Source of the DNA: Eledone cirrhosa
Taxonomy: Eukaryota
Reading direction: 5' to 3'
DNA: 64,000 nt
Assembly (NCBI GenBank): GCA_964016885.1
Contig: CAXHJY010001555.1
Span: forward strand, 38,891 to 102,890
The notes beneath the pieces were generated by a model that saw nothing but the letters and a program-made list of their open reading frames with translations, was not told where the DNA came from and did not search any database. Positions 39,338-53,316 of the stretch are shown here, piece by piece (the stretch's first letter is position 1; every line of letters starts with the position of its first letter). The position numbers and the translations under genes are program-made.

Positions 39338-39424
39338 AAAATACTTTTGTTTCCCTCCAGAGAAATCATCAGGGCTTCCTGATGATTTCTCTCTGGAATG
39401 AAACAGTTCTAGTCCGTAGAAGCC
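39338..39424. ncRNA. Two divergent, back-to-back HHR cores
   Basis: Plus strand: CTGATGA(39379)-tttc-tctctg-gaat-GAAAC-agttcta-GTC. Minus strand: CTGATGA-tttc-tctg-gagg-GAAAC-aaaa-GTA. Confidence 0.55.
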
Positions 39425-39507
39425 TTTCTACATTAAATATTTATAATCTGCTTTGTATTGAGTACCTTATTTACTGTGATTTACCCCGATTGAACCCGGG
39501 ATAAACT

Positions 39508-39538
<31 letters not shown>

Positions 39539-39678
39539 TACATATATATATATATTTATTAATAAAAGGAATTCCAATTTATGAATGTAATTTTGAAACA
39601 TGCGCGAAATGCGTACATGCATAGCTATCCAATCTTTGATACCCCCCCCCCCCACACATATATATATATGTTTACATA

Positions 39679-39731
<53 letters not shown>

Positions 39732-39736
<5 letters not shown>

Positions 39737-42700
39737 TAAATGGAATTCCAACTTTGTCTGATTTACTCGTTTTATTTACAATCCTTTAAAATGTATAATG
39801 GTATTAGAATGAAATAGTATGGTGAAATATTTAATGTTAAGTGTTAATTGAACAGGTACTTTCATGTTTTCGCAATCTTCAGGTTCATAATATGTGGTGA
39901 CAGTCAAGTTTGCAATTTTCAACTGTAATGAGATGGGTAATTTTTGTGCCTTATATACAGTTAAAAGTGGCTCCAGAATGCTAAATCTCGCAAAATGTAT
40001 TTCGACCAATCGGTGTGTAGTTTCACTGGATTACTAAAGCTGATTGGTTTAGGCGTCACGGTTGGTTGAGCATGTCTAACGACTACTAATTGACCCTATC
40101 CAAAGCATCAATTGTTTTGCTATTTTTAGAAATGATGAAAATAGAATTTTCTAGTAATCATCACCATCAACATCACTTTTTTTAAAATATTATTATTATT
40201 ATTATTATTGTTGTTATTATTGTTGCTGTTGCTGTTGTTGTTGTTGTTGTCATAATCATAGTAGGATACACCATTATTATTGTTCATTTAGCTTGGGTTT
40301 GAATTTATCAATAATTCTTTTCTTTGATTTTTCTCTTGATTCCACTTGGGCTGTGTAATTTGTAGAATTGGAATATTATAAATATTCCCTGACCATATGT
40401 TGCTAGATGGTTACTTAGGGGTATCTGACGGACATTTGGGGTCTCTGATTTGCTGTCGGTGTACCCGTGCACGTTCCGATAGTGCATTTCCAGTTTGACC
40501 GACATATAGTTCTTCACAATTCGGGCATATTTGCATTTGGGAATATTTTTCCAGTTTTTGTTTTCATATATTGACCGGCGTGTATGGATTGACATGTGCC
40601 ACATCGACTATCATTGCATTTAGATACAGTGAATGATTGGTCTTTGTTGTTAAGGTCAAATTTGCTTTTGTTAGTAATTGCTTCCTATTTTTCGGCTGTC
40701 TGAGCAAAATGTCTTTCGACCAATCGGTGTGTAGTTTCGGCTGTCTGAGCAAAAATTCTCTTAGTTCTGTTAGGCGTTTGTACCTGGTATTCGTATTTTC
40801 TACAATGGTACAGATTCTTCTGGCTAGGCAGTATGGGATGTTGCGTTTTGTATGAGGTGGATGGCACGACTTAAAATTCAGATATTGATGGGTGTCTGTG
40901 TGTTTATAATATATATCCGTGGTAATGGTGGTGTCGTTTTTGATTATCATTATATCTAGGAATGGTAATTTGGTACTACTCATCTCTTTTGTGAATTAGA
41001 GAGATAAGTGTAGGTTATTCAGGAGGATATTGAACTCATCCAGAGATTCTAGAGATTCTGTCCAGATGATGAAACAGTCGTCAAGGTATCTCTTCCAAGA
41101 TTTTTCAATGTACTTTCTAAAGTCAGTACTATATTTTTCCTCTATTTCTTGGTAGAGTTGTTGTTCTAAGTATCCCATTACAGAGTTCGCGTAAACGGGA
41201 GCAAACTTCGTTCCCATCGCTGTGCCTCTAATTTGGATGTAATTCTTTCCATTGAAGAAGAAAGTGTTATTTTCCAGAATAAGTTTAACTGCGTCTACTA
41301 TAAATGGCGCTGTGAATCTGATGTTTTTCCACCCAGTATTTAACCGCCTTTATTCCTAAATCATGTGTAATGTTGGTGTAAAGGCTTACCACATCAAAAC
41401 TAAGTAGAAGTGAATTCATTTCCGTGGTTTTGGGAAGATGGGACAGGAAGTCGATATCATCCCGGATGAAACTGGGTATGTGAATACATAGTGGTTTCAA
41501 AATAATGTCAACAAAATTGCTTAGACGGTGGGTGGGGCATGTTGGACCAGCTATAATAGGTCTAAGTTTTAAGTCTTTTGGGTGTAGTAATTTAATGTAC
41601 TCACTGTTTTGTTCTCTTACTGCCAGTTGTATTTCTTTTGACTTATGAACTTTCGGTAGGCCATACGGGTTGCTGGGTTTTGGCTCAAAATTGGTGATGT
41701 AGTCTCTTTCCTTATCAGTAAGTGAGTTGTGGTATTTTGAAGCCAGGTTGTTGATCTTCTTCATGATGTTGTGGTCCATATTTGACATGATAGAATGTTG
41801 TGTCTTTCAGTTGCTCCTCAACCAAATCCTTGTAGTATTCAGCATCCATTATAACAATTGCAACCCCTTTACCTGCTTGTTTAATTATTACTTTTTATCA
41901 TTTTGTATACGTTTAAGTGCAGACATTTCCGATTTGTTAATGTTTGGCCTCACATTAGTATTACGTCTAAGAGGAAATTTAGACAGGATGTCAATGTATT
42001 GTTCGAGATAGATATTTTTTCCTTTTGGCGGAGTGAAACTTGATTGATTCTTTACTAGTGATTCATCACTCTCATTAATTTTATCAGCGAAGAATTCTAC
42101 AAGACGTAATTTTCGACAGAATTCTTGGGTATCCTCCTTCAGTTCTTGGTGGTTGACTGTTGGAGTCGGTGTGAATTTTAGTCCTTTTGACAGAATTTGC
42201 ATTTCATCATTGTCAAGATCTCTTTTGGATAAATTAATTATTTTAGGATCTACGTGTACAGTTGTTTTGGGTTGGATGAGTTCAATATCCTCCCGAATAA
42301 CCTACACCCATCTCTCCAATTCACAAAAGAGATGAGTAGTACCAAATTACCATTCCTAGATATAATGATAATCAAAAACGACACCACCATTACCACGGAT
42401 ATATATTATAAACACACAGACACTCATCAATATCTGAATTTTAAGTAGGATCTACGTGTACAGTTGTTTTGGATTTGTTTCCTCCTGGAGTTGTTCTTTT
42501 TCCGGTTTTTTGTTGTCCTGACGTTAAAAAATGGATTTTTCTCTGTTCATGATTTATATTTCTGTTGGTGTTTGCTTGATAAACTTTTGGTCGTGATATT
42601 ATATTTGGTTTCGTTATGTATTTTGTCCTATTTTTGGTATTATGTATATTATTTTTCCTATTTCTTGTTAGCATTATTTTTAACAATCTGGGGAAATGAC

Positions 42701-43367
42701 CTAGGTTTGCTTTCAGGTTTAGATCGCTTTTTCGCCCAGTTTCTTGTGGGTAATCTCTGTTGAGATCTTGAGAGTGATCTGGTTATTCTACGTTTTGTTT
42801 CCCCGTTCCTTGTAGGTAGTCTATGTTGAGATCTTGAGAATGATCTCCTGGTTTTTCTACTTCTCATGGTCTGGTCAAAGGAATATCTATCGTGTTTGTG
42901 CTTTTTGTTCATGTTGTATGCGTTAGGGTGTTTCTGTAGAAAAAGCGAAGAGTTATTGCCGTAGTTCTTCTTTGATTCAAGGTAAGGTGAGTGTTTGTGT
43001 GTGGCACGTGTTCTGGCGTATGTTGTGTTGGTGAGATTGTCCACTTTTAATGCTTTTTCTCAGGGTTCCAGAATCTTTACCGTAATTTGAACCATATTCG
43101 TCGAGAAATAATTGTTTCTGCTGCCATACCTTTCTTGATTTGTTTTCTTTTGAGATATCTCTGATCCATAGTTCACGTAGTTTTTCAGCTATAATACCAG
43201 TCGTTAGCTTTGAAATTTCAACTTCAATTTGGTCATCGATAGCTTCATATTTGGCTTTGTAGCGGGATTGTTTACATTGAGAAATGGAGATGTCGGTCCT
43301 GAATTTTGTCAATGTAAGTTCCCATCGGAGTTTTGTTTTTTCTTCTGGTTCTCCTGCAATTTCTGTA

Positions 43368-43370
<3 letters not shown>
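39732..43370 (-). mobile_element. Disrupted PLE (tentatively Neptune-like): long N-terminal region, RT, GIY-YIG, 3' UTR and pLTR
   Basis: LSKGLKFTPTP; YGLPKVHK; LRPIIAG; SFDVVSLYTNI; GTAMGTKFAPVYAN; RYLDD; LPFLD; YVGQTGNALSERARVHRQQI. The 3' end is at (TA)n and the 5' end at (CA)n. Confidence 0.9.
39849..39887 (-). ncRNA. Minimal type I HHR in the pLTR, with a substitution at the cleavage-site U
   Basis: tgaac-CTGAAGA-ttgcgaaaacat-GAAA-gtac-CT-gttca. Confidence 0.6.
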
Positions 43371-43424
<54 letters not shown>

Positions 43425-43427
43425 TAC

Positions 43428-43460
<33 letters not shown>

Positions 43461-43951
43461 TATATAATGGCTGCCCCTTCATTATCGAGTAGGGCCATTG
43501 CACGATATACCATTATTAATAATTATTAATCAATTCTATCGTGCAATGCCTGTGCATGAAGAAATTTCTTAAAGTGAGGAAAGACTGTGCACTGAGCCAA
43601 TCCCACTCTCTGAACGACAGTAGCTATAACCCGAAAAGAAGGAAAGATCAACATCATCGGTAACTACTGAGCCGCAGGTCTCATATCGGGGTTTATCCCA
43701 GTTTCCTGAGTTGCCTTCTCATAGAAGAATGCCCTGACAAAGGCTAGGGTCCTTCACTCCTACATTACGCGCGCGCGCCCGCCCCCCCCCCCCCCCCCAC
43801 ACACACACCATATATATATATTTATCTATTTATCTCAGGAATTTTACCCGCCCTAGTTATATATATATATATATATACATATATGAATATTCGTAAAATT
43901 TGAGTATTCTCAGCGCGGAAGTATATGTATTCATATATATTATATCAACTA

Positions 43952-44000
<49 letters not shown>

Positions 44001-44169
44001 TGTGTGTCTCAACAAGAACTGGCTGTAACTATATTATAAATGATGTTAAATGTCGCTTCCAAACAAATTATTATTGTAAACGTGAAATGAATAGATAATA
44101 TCATAAACATGTATTTATTGATAAATAATATAAAACTTTATTCTATTTTTTCGAAATCCAGATGTGTTG

Positions 44170-44270
44170 GCTCTTCCAACGAGTCTCCCTCTCCATCCTC
44201 CGTTGAAATGCCGTCTCTCTTCTGTTCACCGGGGCCGTGGTGTGGCCAGATCTTGGGCTCCAGTTTGCTT
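44170..44270 (+). mobile_element. Decayed 3' tip of a CRE-like RLE LINE
   Basis: Similar to 46260-46355 and to the reverse complement of about 47125-47205. Confidence 0.5.
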
Positions 44271-44271
44271 A

Positions 44272-45297
44272 TAATAATTGTTTCTACTTTTGGCACAAGG
44301 CAAGCAATTATCCTAGTGCATTACTGGTACTTTATTTTATTGAGCCCGTAAGGATGAAAGGCAAAGTTAACCTCGGCGGGATTTGAACTTTTGAACTCAG
44401 ATCGTAAAGGCCCGTAACTCCAGGCTGCAAAACATGGCGGCCGACCCTCTAACGAAACTGCTAATCCACCGTTTTTTGCTTATAATAATGAGAGATGGGG
44501 AGAGCGAGAGAGGTGGAAACCATGAGTAGAAGAGAGCGGATATCAACGCGCACACACACTTGATAAGACTCTAGCCACAGTCTCATAGATATTATAACAG
44601 TAAGGTAGATAAATAATGGCTTCTGATTTATGCACAAGGCCAGCAATTTGTGGGGAGGGGAAAGTCGATTAAATCTACCTCAGTGCTAAAGATGAAAGGC
44701 AAAGCTTACCTAAGCTGAACTTGCCTTTCATCCTTACGGGGTCGATAAAATGAAGACCAGTAATGCACTGAGGTCCGTAGATAAATAATAATTGTTTCTA
44801 CTTTTGGCACAAGGCCAGCAATTATCTCAGTGAATTACTGGTACTTTATTTTATCGACTCCGTAAGGATGAAAGGCAAAGTTAACCTTGGCCGGATTTTA
44901 ACACACACCGTGAAGGGTCGAAACTATGCTGCAAAGCATGGTGTCCGACCCTCTACCAATACTGCCAATAATTATAATTTTTTCTACTTTTGGTACTAGG
45001 CCAGCAATTATCCCAGTTAATTGCTGGTACTTTATTTTATCGACCCCGGCGGGATTTGAACTCAGAACGTAAAGGGCCAAAACTCTATGCTGTAAAACAT
45101 GGTGTCTGACGCTCTACCGATACTGCCAATTCACCACCCATAATAATAATTGTTTCTACATTTGGCACAAGGCCAGCAATTATCAGTGCATTACTGGTAC
45201 TTTATTTTATCGACTCCGTAAGGATGAAAGGCAAAGTTAACCTTGGCGGGATTTGAACTCAGAATGGCAAGGGCCGTAACTGAGTTCAAATCCAGCC
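44272..45297 (-). mobile_element. Cluster of about 6 full or partial Nin-like SINE copies, mostly on the minus strand
   Basis: Repeated aattgtttctacttttggcacaaggccagcaatt...ctggtactttattttatcgac...gcgggatttgaactcag. Confidence 0.8.
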
Positions 45298-45329
45298 CAG
45301 TGTCGTGTATATACTGTATATTCATCAGT

Positions 45330-45628
45330 AAATATATAATACACTAATAAATGGAAACTATATTTATAAAACCATATTTATTTTATTATACATATTTCAA
45401 GGGCAACCAATGCAAATAACGGTGAGCTTTCATCAGATAAAATACAGATTTGTTTTATAAATAAATATTGACATACCCGGAAAAAAGACAGCATTAACGG
45501 TTGGAGCTTCCTGGAGAGTGGAGATTTATTAATATATTGTGTATTTAATCCACGACTGTTGAGTGCTTTATCTCAGTTATAAAAATGTTTAAGCTTGTTG
45601 AATCCCAACAAATTAAATATAACCTCTG
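45330..45628. mobile_element. Rearranged solo pLTR related to the 54-57 kb and 60-62 kb PLE family
   Basis: taaatggaaactatatttataaaaccatatttat is identical to about 54217-54250. 45525-45625 resembles the tail at 61730-61830 in the opposite orientation to the pLTR part. Confidence 0.7.
45379..45444 (-). ncRNA. Type I HHR, intact
   Basis: tattttat-CTGATGA-aag...ctt-GAAA-tatgta-TA-ataaaata, with a perfect 8-bp helix I. Confidence 0.75.
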
Positions 45629-45629
45629 C

Positions 45630-45660
<31 letters not shown>

Positions 45661-46257
45661 ATTACGATATTATAACTAATTCTGCTACTACAACTACTAC
45701 TGCTACTATAAATAGCAGTTTACTGTTGTCTATTAAATGATGGCAAGTGTCGCACCAGTGGTAGTGCCTCTTGGTACGTGCTCTGACAATTGTTAGAAAT
45801 CGAATTTGCGCATCAACCAGCAATCGATTTCGTCCAATATGTGTGTGGTCAACAAGGTTGATTGACAATTTCATAATCGAATCATTTGATTCTTCATCCG
45901 ATTTTATTGGTCCTTGTTTATTTCAATCAAGTACACAATTAAACGATTTTCTTTGTAGTTGTACCGCTCATCCATTTAGTTTTGTTTCGATAATCTATGA
46001 TCGTTGAAAAATCTATAATTTACTGGGACAGTTCGTCTCTCTTTGTCATCTATATAGTCGTTGCTTTGGCAGAATCATAAAAGGATAATTATTCATCAGT
46101 TAGCCACACTTCTATCAGCAATATCCCGCCTACTGCTGGCTATAGTGCAGAACGATATGGTACTCATATATTTGATGGGAATTCCACTATCCATTGATTT
46201 TAATGGCATGATTTTTGTGACGACCCACAGATGTGAACCTAGTAAGTTGTAATGGCC

Positions 46258-46356
46258 CATCCAACGCGTCTCCCTCAACATCCTCCGGGTAAATGCTTCC
46301 TCTATTCTCTCCGCCGGGGCCGCGGGGTGGCCAGCGCCTGGGCCCCTATTTGCTCA
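46258..46356 (+). mobile_element. 3' tip of a CRE-like RLE LINE
   Basis: Translates to QRVSLNILRVNASSILSAGA, matching QRVSLAVLRGNAFSILSAGA at about 47140-47205. Confidence 0.65.
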
Positions 46357-47109
46357 TCAAACCATCATACACACACACATATACACTTTGACCATCATAC
46401 ACACACACATATACACTTTGATCATTGAAATAGTACAGTGGTTGTCGTTAAATGTTTCTTTCACAGGTTTCTTTCATAATTCTCCACTACGGACTCCTAT
46501 ACACCTCCCATTTCTTATCAATCCACCCTTTACCAGGTAAGACCCCACCCTTGACTTACCTCTCTAATCCCCACTCTACACACACATACCCACTTCCACA
46601 TCTGACCACCTCTTTTGATCAGCAAGCATGGACATACCCAGTGACATACCCAGGTTTCTTTCTCAGTTCTCCCTTACGAATACACCTTGAAAATTGATGG
46701 TAAATCCCCGTCCAAAAATTAAGATTATTAAAAATTGCTAATGTAACTTTCTATCACCCCTCACTCTTTTACTTTACTTCACTGTGTACTCTTTTCTTCT
46801 ACTTTCTTATTACCTTGGCATTTTTACCGAACACGCATTGATGGGATTCTGAATAACCAAACCTATCTTATATGTATTAGTATCTCCTATTTCACAATAA
46901 TTCAAGCAAACTACCACAAATGGTTTATATTATTAATTTTAATAACAACTTTATTTATTCCCAGTAATCCTTTGCTAGATGCTTTAATACTAAAATAATT
47001 CTCCGCGAAGAAAATACTACAATTTTTTTAATATTTCAAGACATAATATTGTAGTTGTTTATATATTTTTAAATCTTTGGTTTGTATGAGATGAAAGAAT
47101 GGTATTCAA

Positions 47110-47878
47110 CTAATGTAATGGTACGCGATGGGGCCCACCCACAGCCCCGGCGGACAGAATGGAGAAGGCGTTTCCCCGGAGGACGGCAAGGGAGACGCGC
47201 TGGAAAAGCTCACACCTATGGCTGGCCAGCTCAGCGCCTATGGTGGTGAGTAAGGAGGTAGCTCTGGGGCCGAGGACACCAGAAGTTTCCACTGCCAGGG
47301 GAACGACCGCAAATCTGTAGGAGAGCGACCGGTATTTGAGGAGTGTGGCCCCCTCAGCCCGACGTGCAGCAGAACCCGGTTCAGTTGCAGACTGCACCAG
47401 GTTGCGGCTGCAGAAAGTGTCCGTGCAAGTGGTATCCTAGACGAGCGGTTTGCCATCTGGCCTTTTGCGGTCCCCTCCATCCAGCCCCACCAGCTCGAGC
47501 TGGGAAGGGAAGCTTGCAGCGTCCAAACCATGCTTAATGACCTCGTTGAGGGCAGTATGGCGTGGAATGCGGCCGGCACTGTGGAAACAGAAAAGCGAGT
47601 GGAGGCCGAAAGAGTCCACGGTGGAACCGAAGCGACATTGGTGTTGCTGGCAGATCCGGAGGCCGAGCCTCAGGGAAACGCCGATTCGCAGGCTATGGTT
47701 GTCTAGCTGCGTGCCATTGGAGAAGGAACGCAGAGCATGGAGCCAGGCACCACTGTGGGGTTTGGAGGCCGCACGAAAACAAACAAGGCGGTGCTGGTCG
47801 AGCTGGCGCGTGAGCTGTCTGAGGCCAGGCTGCACTGGATGGCATCCCAAGTGCGTTGGGGGGACTTGACGTCAACAG
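47110..47878 (-). mobile_element. 5'-truncated CRE-like non-LTR element (zinc knuckle and restriction-like endonuclease), frameshifted
   Basis: SGAWLHA...LRIGVSLRLG..C..HQC.FG..VD.FGLHSLFC...RHTALN...KRPDG; KYRSL...PLAVETSGVLG; LFQRVSLAVLRGNA. Confidence 0.85.
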
Positions 47879-48086
47879 GGGTATAGTTGTATAAATTTAC
47901 AGTAGAATAACGTTACAAATATGTTTTAAATATATATATAAATAACATAACAAACGCGTAAATAACACCAAAAATTGCTCGCAATTCTTTCAGAAGGACA
48001 AATATGTCTAAACCGTGTATAATAACACAATAATATAAATTCATATATCACAAACATTTATTTACAATCATTTATAATTTTGCCTA

Positions 48087-49060
48087 TTAATCCGTGTGGT
48101 GAGCAAATGGCGTCCCACGTGCTGGCCTCCCCACAGCACCGATGGACAGGATAGAGAAGGCGTTTCCCCGGAGGATGGTAAGGAAGATGAGTTGGAAGAG
48201 CCATTCCAACTCGTGAGGCTCACACCTACAGCTGGCTAGCACACCACCCATGGTGGTAAATAGGCAGGTAGCCCTAGGGCCAAGGACACCAGAAGTCTCC
48301 ACTGCCAAGGGCACGACCGCGAACCTGTCGGAGAGCGACCGGTACTTGGAGAGTTTGGCCTCCTGAGCCTGACGTGCAGCAGTACCTGGGTTAGTCGCAG
48401 ATTCCACCAGGTTACGGTTGGAGAGAGTGTAGCTGCAAGTGGCATCCCAGACGAGGGGTTTGCCACCGCGGAACGGGAAGATGGTCATACCGTCTGGCCT
48501 TTTGCCATCCCCTCTGTCTAGCCTCACCGGCTCGAGCTGGAGGTGGAAGCCTGCAATGTCCAAGCCATGCTTAATGACCTCGTTGAGGGCAGCATGGCGT
48601 GGAAGGCGGCCGGCAGTGTAGAAAGCCGGCGACAGGAATGCGGGTGGAGACCCAAAGAGTCTAAGGTGGATACACAGCGACATTTATGTGGCTACCAGAT
48701 CCGGAGTCAAATCCACAAGGAAACGCCGATGCGCAGGCTATCGTTATCCAGCGCGCGTGCCAATGGAGAAGGAGGGCAAGACATGGAACTAGGGACCACT
48801 GTGGGGTTTGGAGGCTGCGCGAAAACAGGCAAGGTGGTGCTGGTCGAGCTGGCGCGTGAGCCCGTCTGAGGCTAGGCTGCACTGGATGGCATCCCATACG
48901 CTTTGTGGGGACTTGATGTCAGCTGAGGGAGATGAGGAGGGACGTCTACCGGGCTAAGTCCCAGCCTGTCCCACGTCTCACAGGTGACGGTACGTTCCAT
49001 GAACACAGAGGGTGCTGTTGTGTTTTGGAGAACCCTGCTGACGGGGACCTGGCGTCACAG
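48087..49060 (-). mobile_element. Second diverged CRE-like RLE fragment in tandem
   Basis: RHAALNEVI...GKRPDGMTIFPF..GKPLVWDATC...KLSKYRSL...PLAVETSGVLG. Confidence 0.85.
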
Positions 49061-49137
49061 TGTTTTATTGTTCAGACTCGCCACGTAATGTTATATTATA
49101 GTACTCGACACAACAACAACAACTACTACTACTACTA

Positions 49138-49385
49138 CTTTTTCTTCTTCCTCTTCTTCTTCTTCTCCTCCTCCTCATCCTCCTTCGTTGGGTTGATTCC
49201 ACTAGCACGCCTTCCAGGGAGTTCTCTCAGAAGCAACCTTGTGCAGTTGATCCGTCTGCATCCCCAAGCAAGATCAGCCGAGCTGATGGATGTCATCCAA
49301 CCATCTTGCTTGGTGTTTACCCCTGGGTCTCCTGGCGGTTGTTTTTCCCGTAAAATGTATTCAGTATTCGACACTGACATAGAAA
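49138..49385 (-). mobile_element. Possible RTE-like LINE 3' end with a GAA/GAG-rich tail
   Basis: Minus strand agacccaggggtaaacaccaagcaagatggttggatgacatc reads RPRGKHQARWLDDI, like the RTE C-terminal R.RGRP..RW.D motif. Confidence 0.5.
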
Positions 49386-49616
49386 ATCGTATTTCCTTGC
49401 TTCTCGATTATATTATTACTCTTTAATTAGAACTGAACCTTATCGAGATTGTTCTGAAAGAACCCTTTTACTCTTTAACATACGCCAGCCTACTGACTGT
49501 AGTTATGCTGGAGCACCACCATTAATCATGTATATATATATACATATATGTATATATGTATATATGTATATATGTATATATGTATATATGTATATATGTA
49601 TATATGTATATATGTA

Positions 49617-49647
<31 letters not shown>

Positions 49648-50078
49648 GTTGAAACAAAATGAAAACGAAATTTCATTTCTCACTCTTAGTATGGCACTTA
49701 CTTAAATGGCATAAATTCAGGCTGTTCAGTTTGTTTACAAACGAACAAAGCGACGTTAGCGCCGCTAAACTGATACGTGCATATATGTATGTGTACCTGT
49801 ATGCATATGTATGTATATATGTATATATATATATATATGTGCATGCTACTGTACGTCTGTATACATATATGTATGTACGTATACATGCATACTTACATTT
49901 AAGTAAGTGCCATACTAAGAGTGAGAAATGAAATTTCGTTTTCATTTTGTTTCAATTTATCGTTTTCGGTATGCCTGACCGATTTAACTCACTCAATATG
50001 CAAATTAGGCTGCTCAGCCGTTAATTTTCATAAGGAAAGTATATACTTCCGAACGTTCAACTATCTGGCAGATGGGTA

Positions 50079-50123
50079 AACGGTGCTGATGATAGCTAAC
50101 AAGCTTGAAACTAGTACATCGTT
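50079..50123 (+). ncRNA. Type I minimal HHR, intact (copy 1)
   Basis: aacggtg-CTGATGA-t-agc-taacaa-gct-t-GAAA-ctag-TA-catcgtt. Helix I has 7 bp, helix III is palindromic ACTAGT, predicted cleavage after 50116 (GUA). Confidence 0.85.
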
Positions 50124-50544
50124 CCTGTGTCAGTGTTGAACAAAAAGGTGACGTGGTTGCCTTAACACCGTATGGCATAAATTCAGGCTGTTCAGTTTGT
50201 TTACAAACGAACAAAGCGACGTTAGCGCCGCTAAACTGATACGTGCATATATGTATGTGTACCTGTATGCATATGTATGTATATATGTATATATATATAT
50301 ATATGTGCATGCTACTGTACGTCTGTATACATATATGTATGTACGTATACATGCATACTTACATTTAAGTAAGTGCCATACTAAGAGTGAGAAATGAAAT
50401 TTCGTTTTCATTTTGTTTCAATTTATCGTTTTCGGTATGCCTGACCGATTTAACTCACTCAATATGCAAATTAGGCTGCTCAGCCGTTAATTTTCATAAG
50501 GAAAGTATATACTTCCGAACGTTCAACTATCTGGCAGATGGGTA

Positions 50545-50589
50545 AACGGTGCTGATGATAGCTAACAAGCTTGAAACTAGTACATCGTT
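50545..50589 (+). ncRNA. Type I minimal HHR, intact (copy 2)
   Basis: Identical to 50079-50123. Confidence 0.85.
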
Positions 50590-51010
50590 CCTGTGTCAGT
50601 GTTGAACAAAAAGGTGACGTGGTTGCCTTAACACCGTATGGCATAAATTCAGGCTGTTCAGTTTGTTTACAAACGAACAAAGCGACGTTAGCGCCGCTAA
50701 ACTGATACGTGCATATATGTATGTGTACCTGTATGCATATGTATGTATATATGTATATATATATATATATGTGCATGCTACTGTACGTCTGTATACATAT
50801 ATGTATGTACGTATACATGCATACTTACATTTAAGTAAGTGCCATACTAAGAGTGAGAAATGAAATTTCGTTTTCATTTTGTTTCAATTTATCGTTTTCG
50901 GTATGCCTGACCGATTTAACTCACTCAATATGCAAATTAGGCTGCTCAGCCGTTAATTTTCATAAGGAAAGTATATACTTCCGAACGTTCAACTATCTGG
51001 CAGATGGGTA

Positions 51011-51055
51011 AACGGTGCTGATGATAGCTAACAAGCTTGAAACTAGTACATCGTT
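51011..51055 (+). ncRNA. Type I minimal HHR, intact (copy 3)
   Basis: Identical to 50079-50123. Confidence 0.85.
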
Positions 51056-51299
51056 CCTGTGTCAGTGTTGAACAAAAAGGTGACGTGGTTGCCTTAACAC
51101 CGTATGGCATAAATTCAGGCTGTTCAGTTTGTTTACAAACGAACAAAGCGACGTTAGCGCCGCTAAACTGATACGTGCATATATGTATGTGTACCTGTAT
51201 GCATATGTATGTATATATGTATATATATATATATATGTGCATGCTACTGTACGTCTGTATACATATATGTATGTACGTATACATGCATACTTACATTTA

Positions 51300-53316
<2,017 letters not shown>

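Larger units (their letters stand above)
49649..51299 (+). mobile_element. Tandem array of about 3.4 apparently identical 466-bp HHR-containing units with a 60-bp inverted head (retrozyme-like)
   Basis: Unit starts (atggcataaattcagg) at 49706, 50172, 50638 and 51104. 49649-49708 is the reverse complement of 49896-49955. Flanks are TA-rich and there is no credible ORF. Confidence 0.9.

Noticed and set aside
45700-46255. Moderately complex sequence with short ORFs
   Set aside because: No recognisable protein motif or splice-consistent exon; left unassigned.
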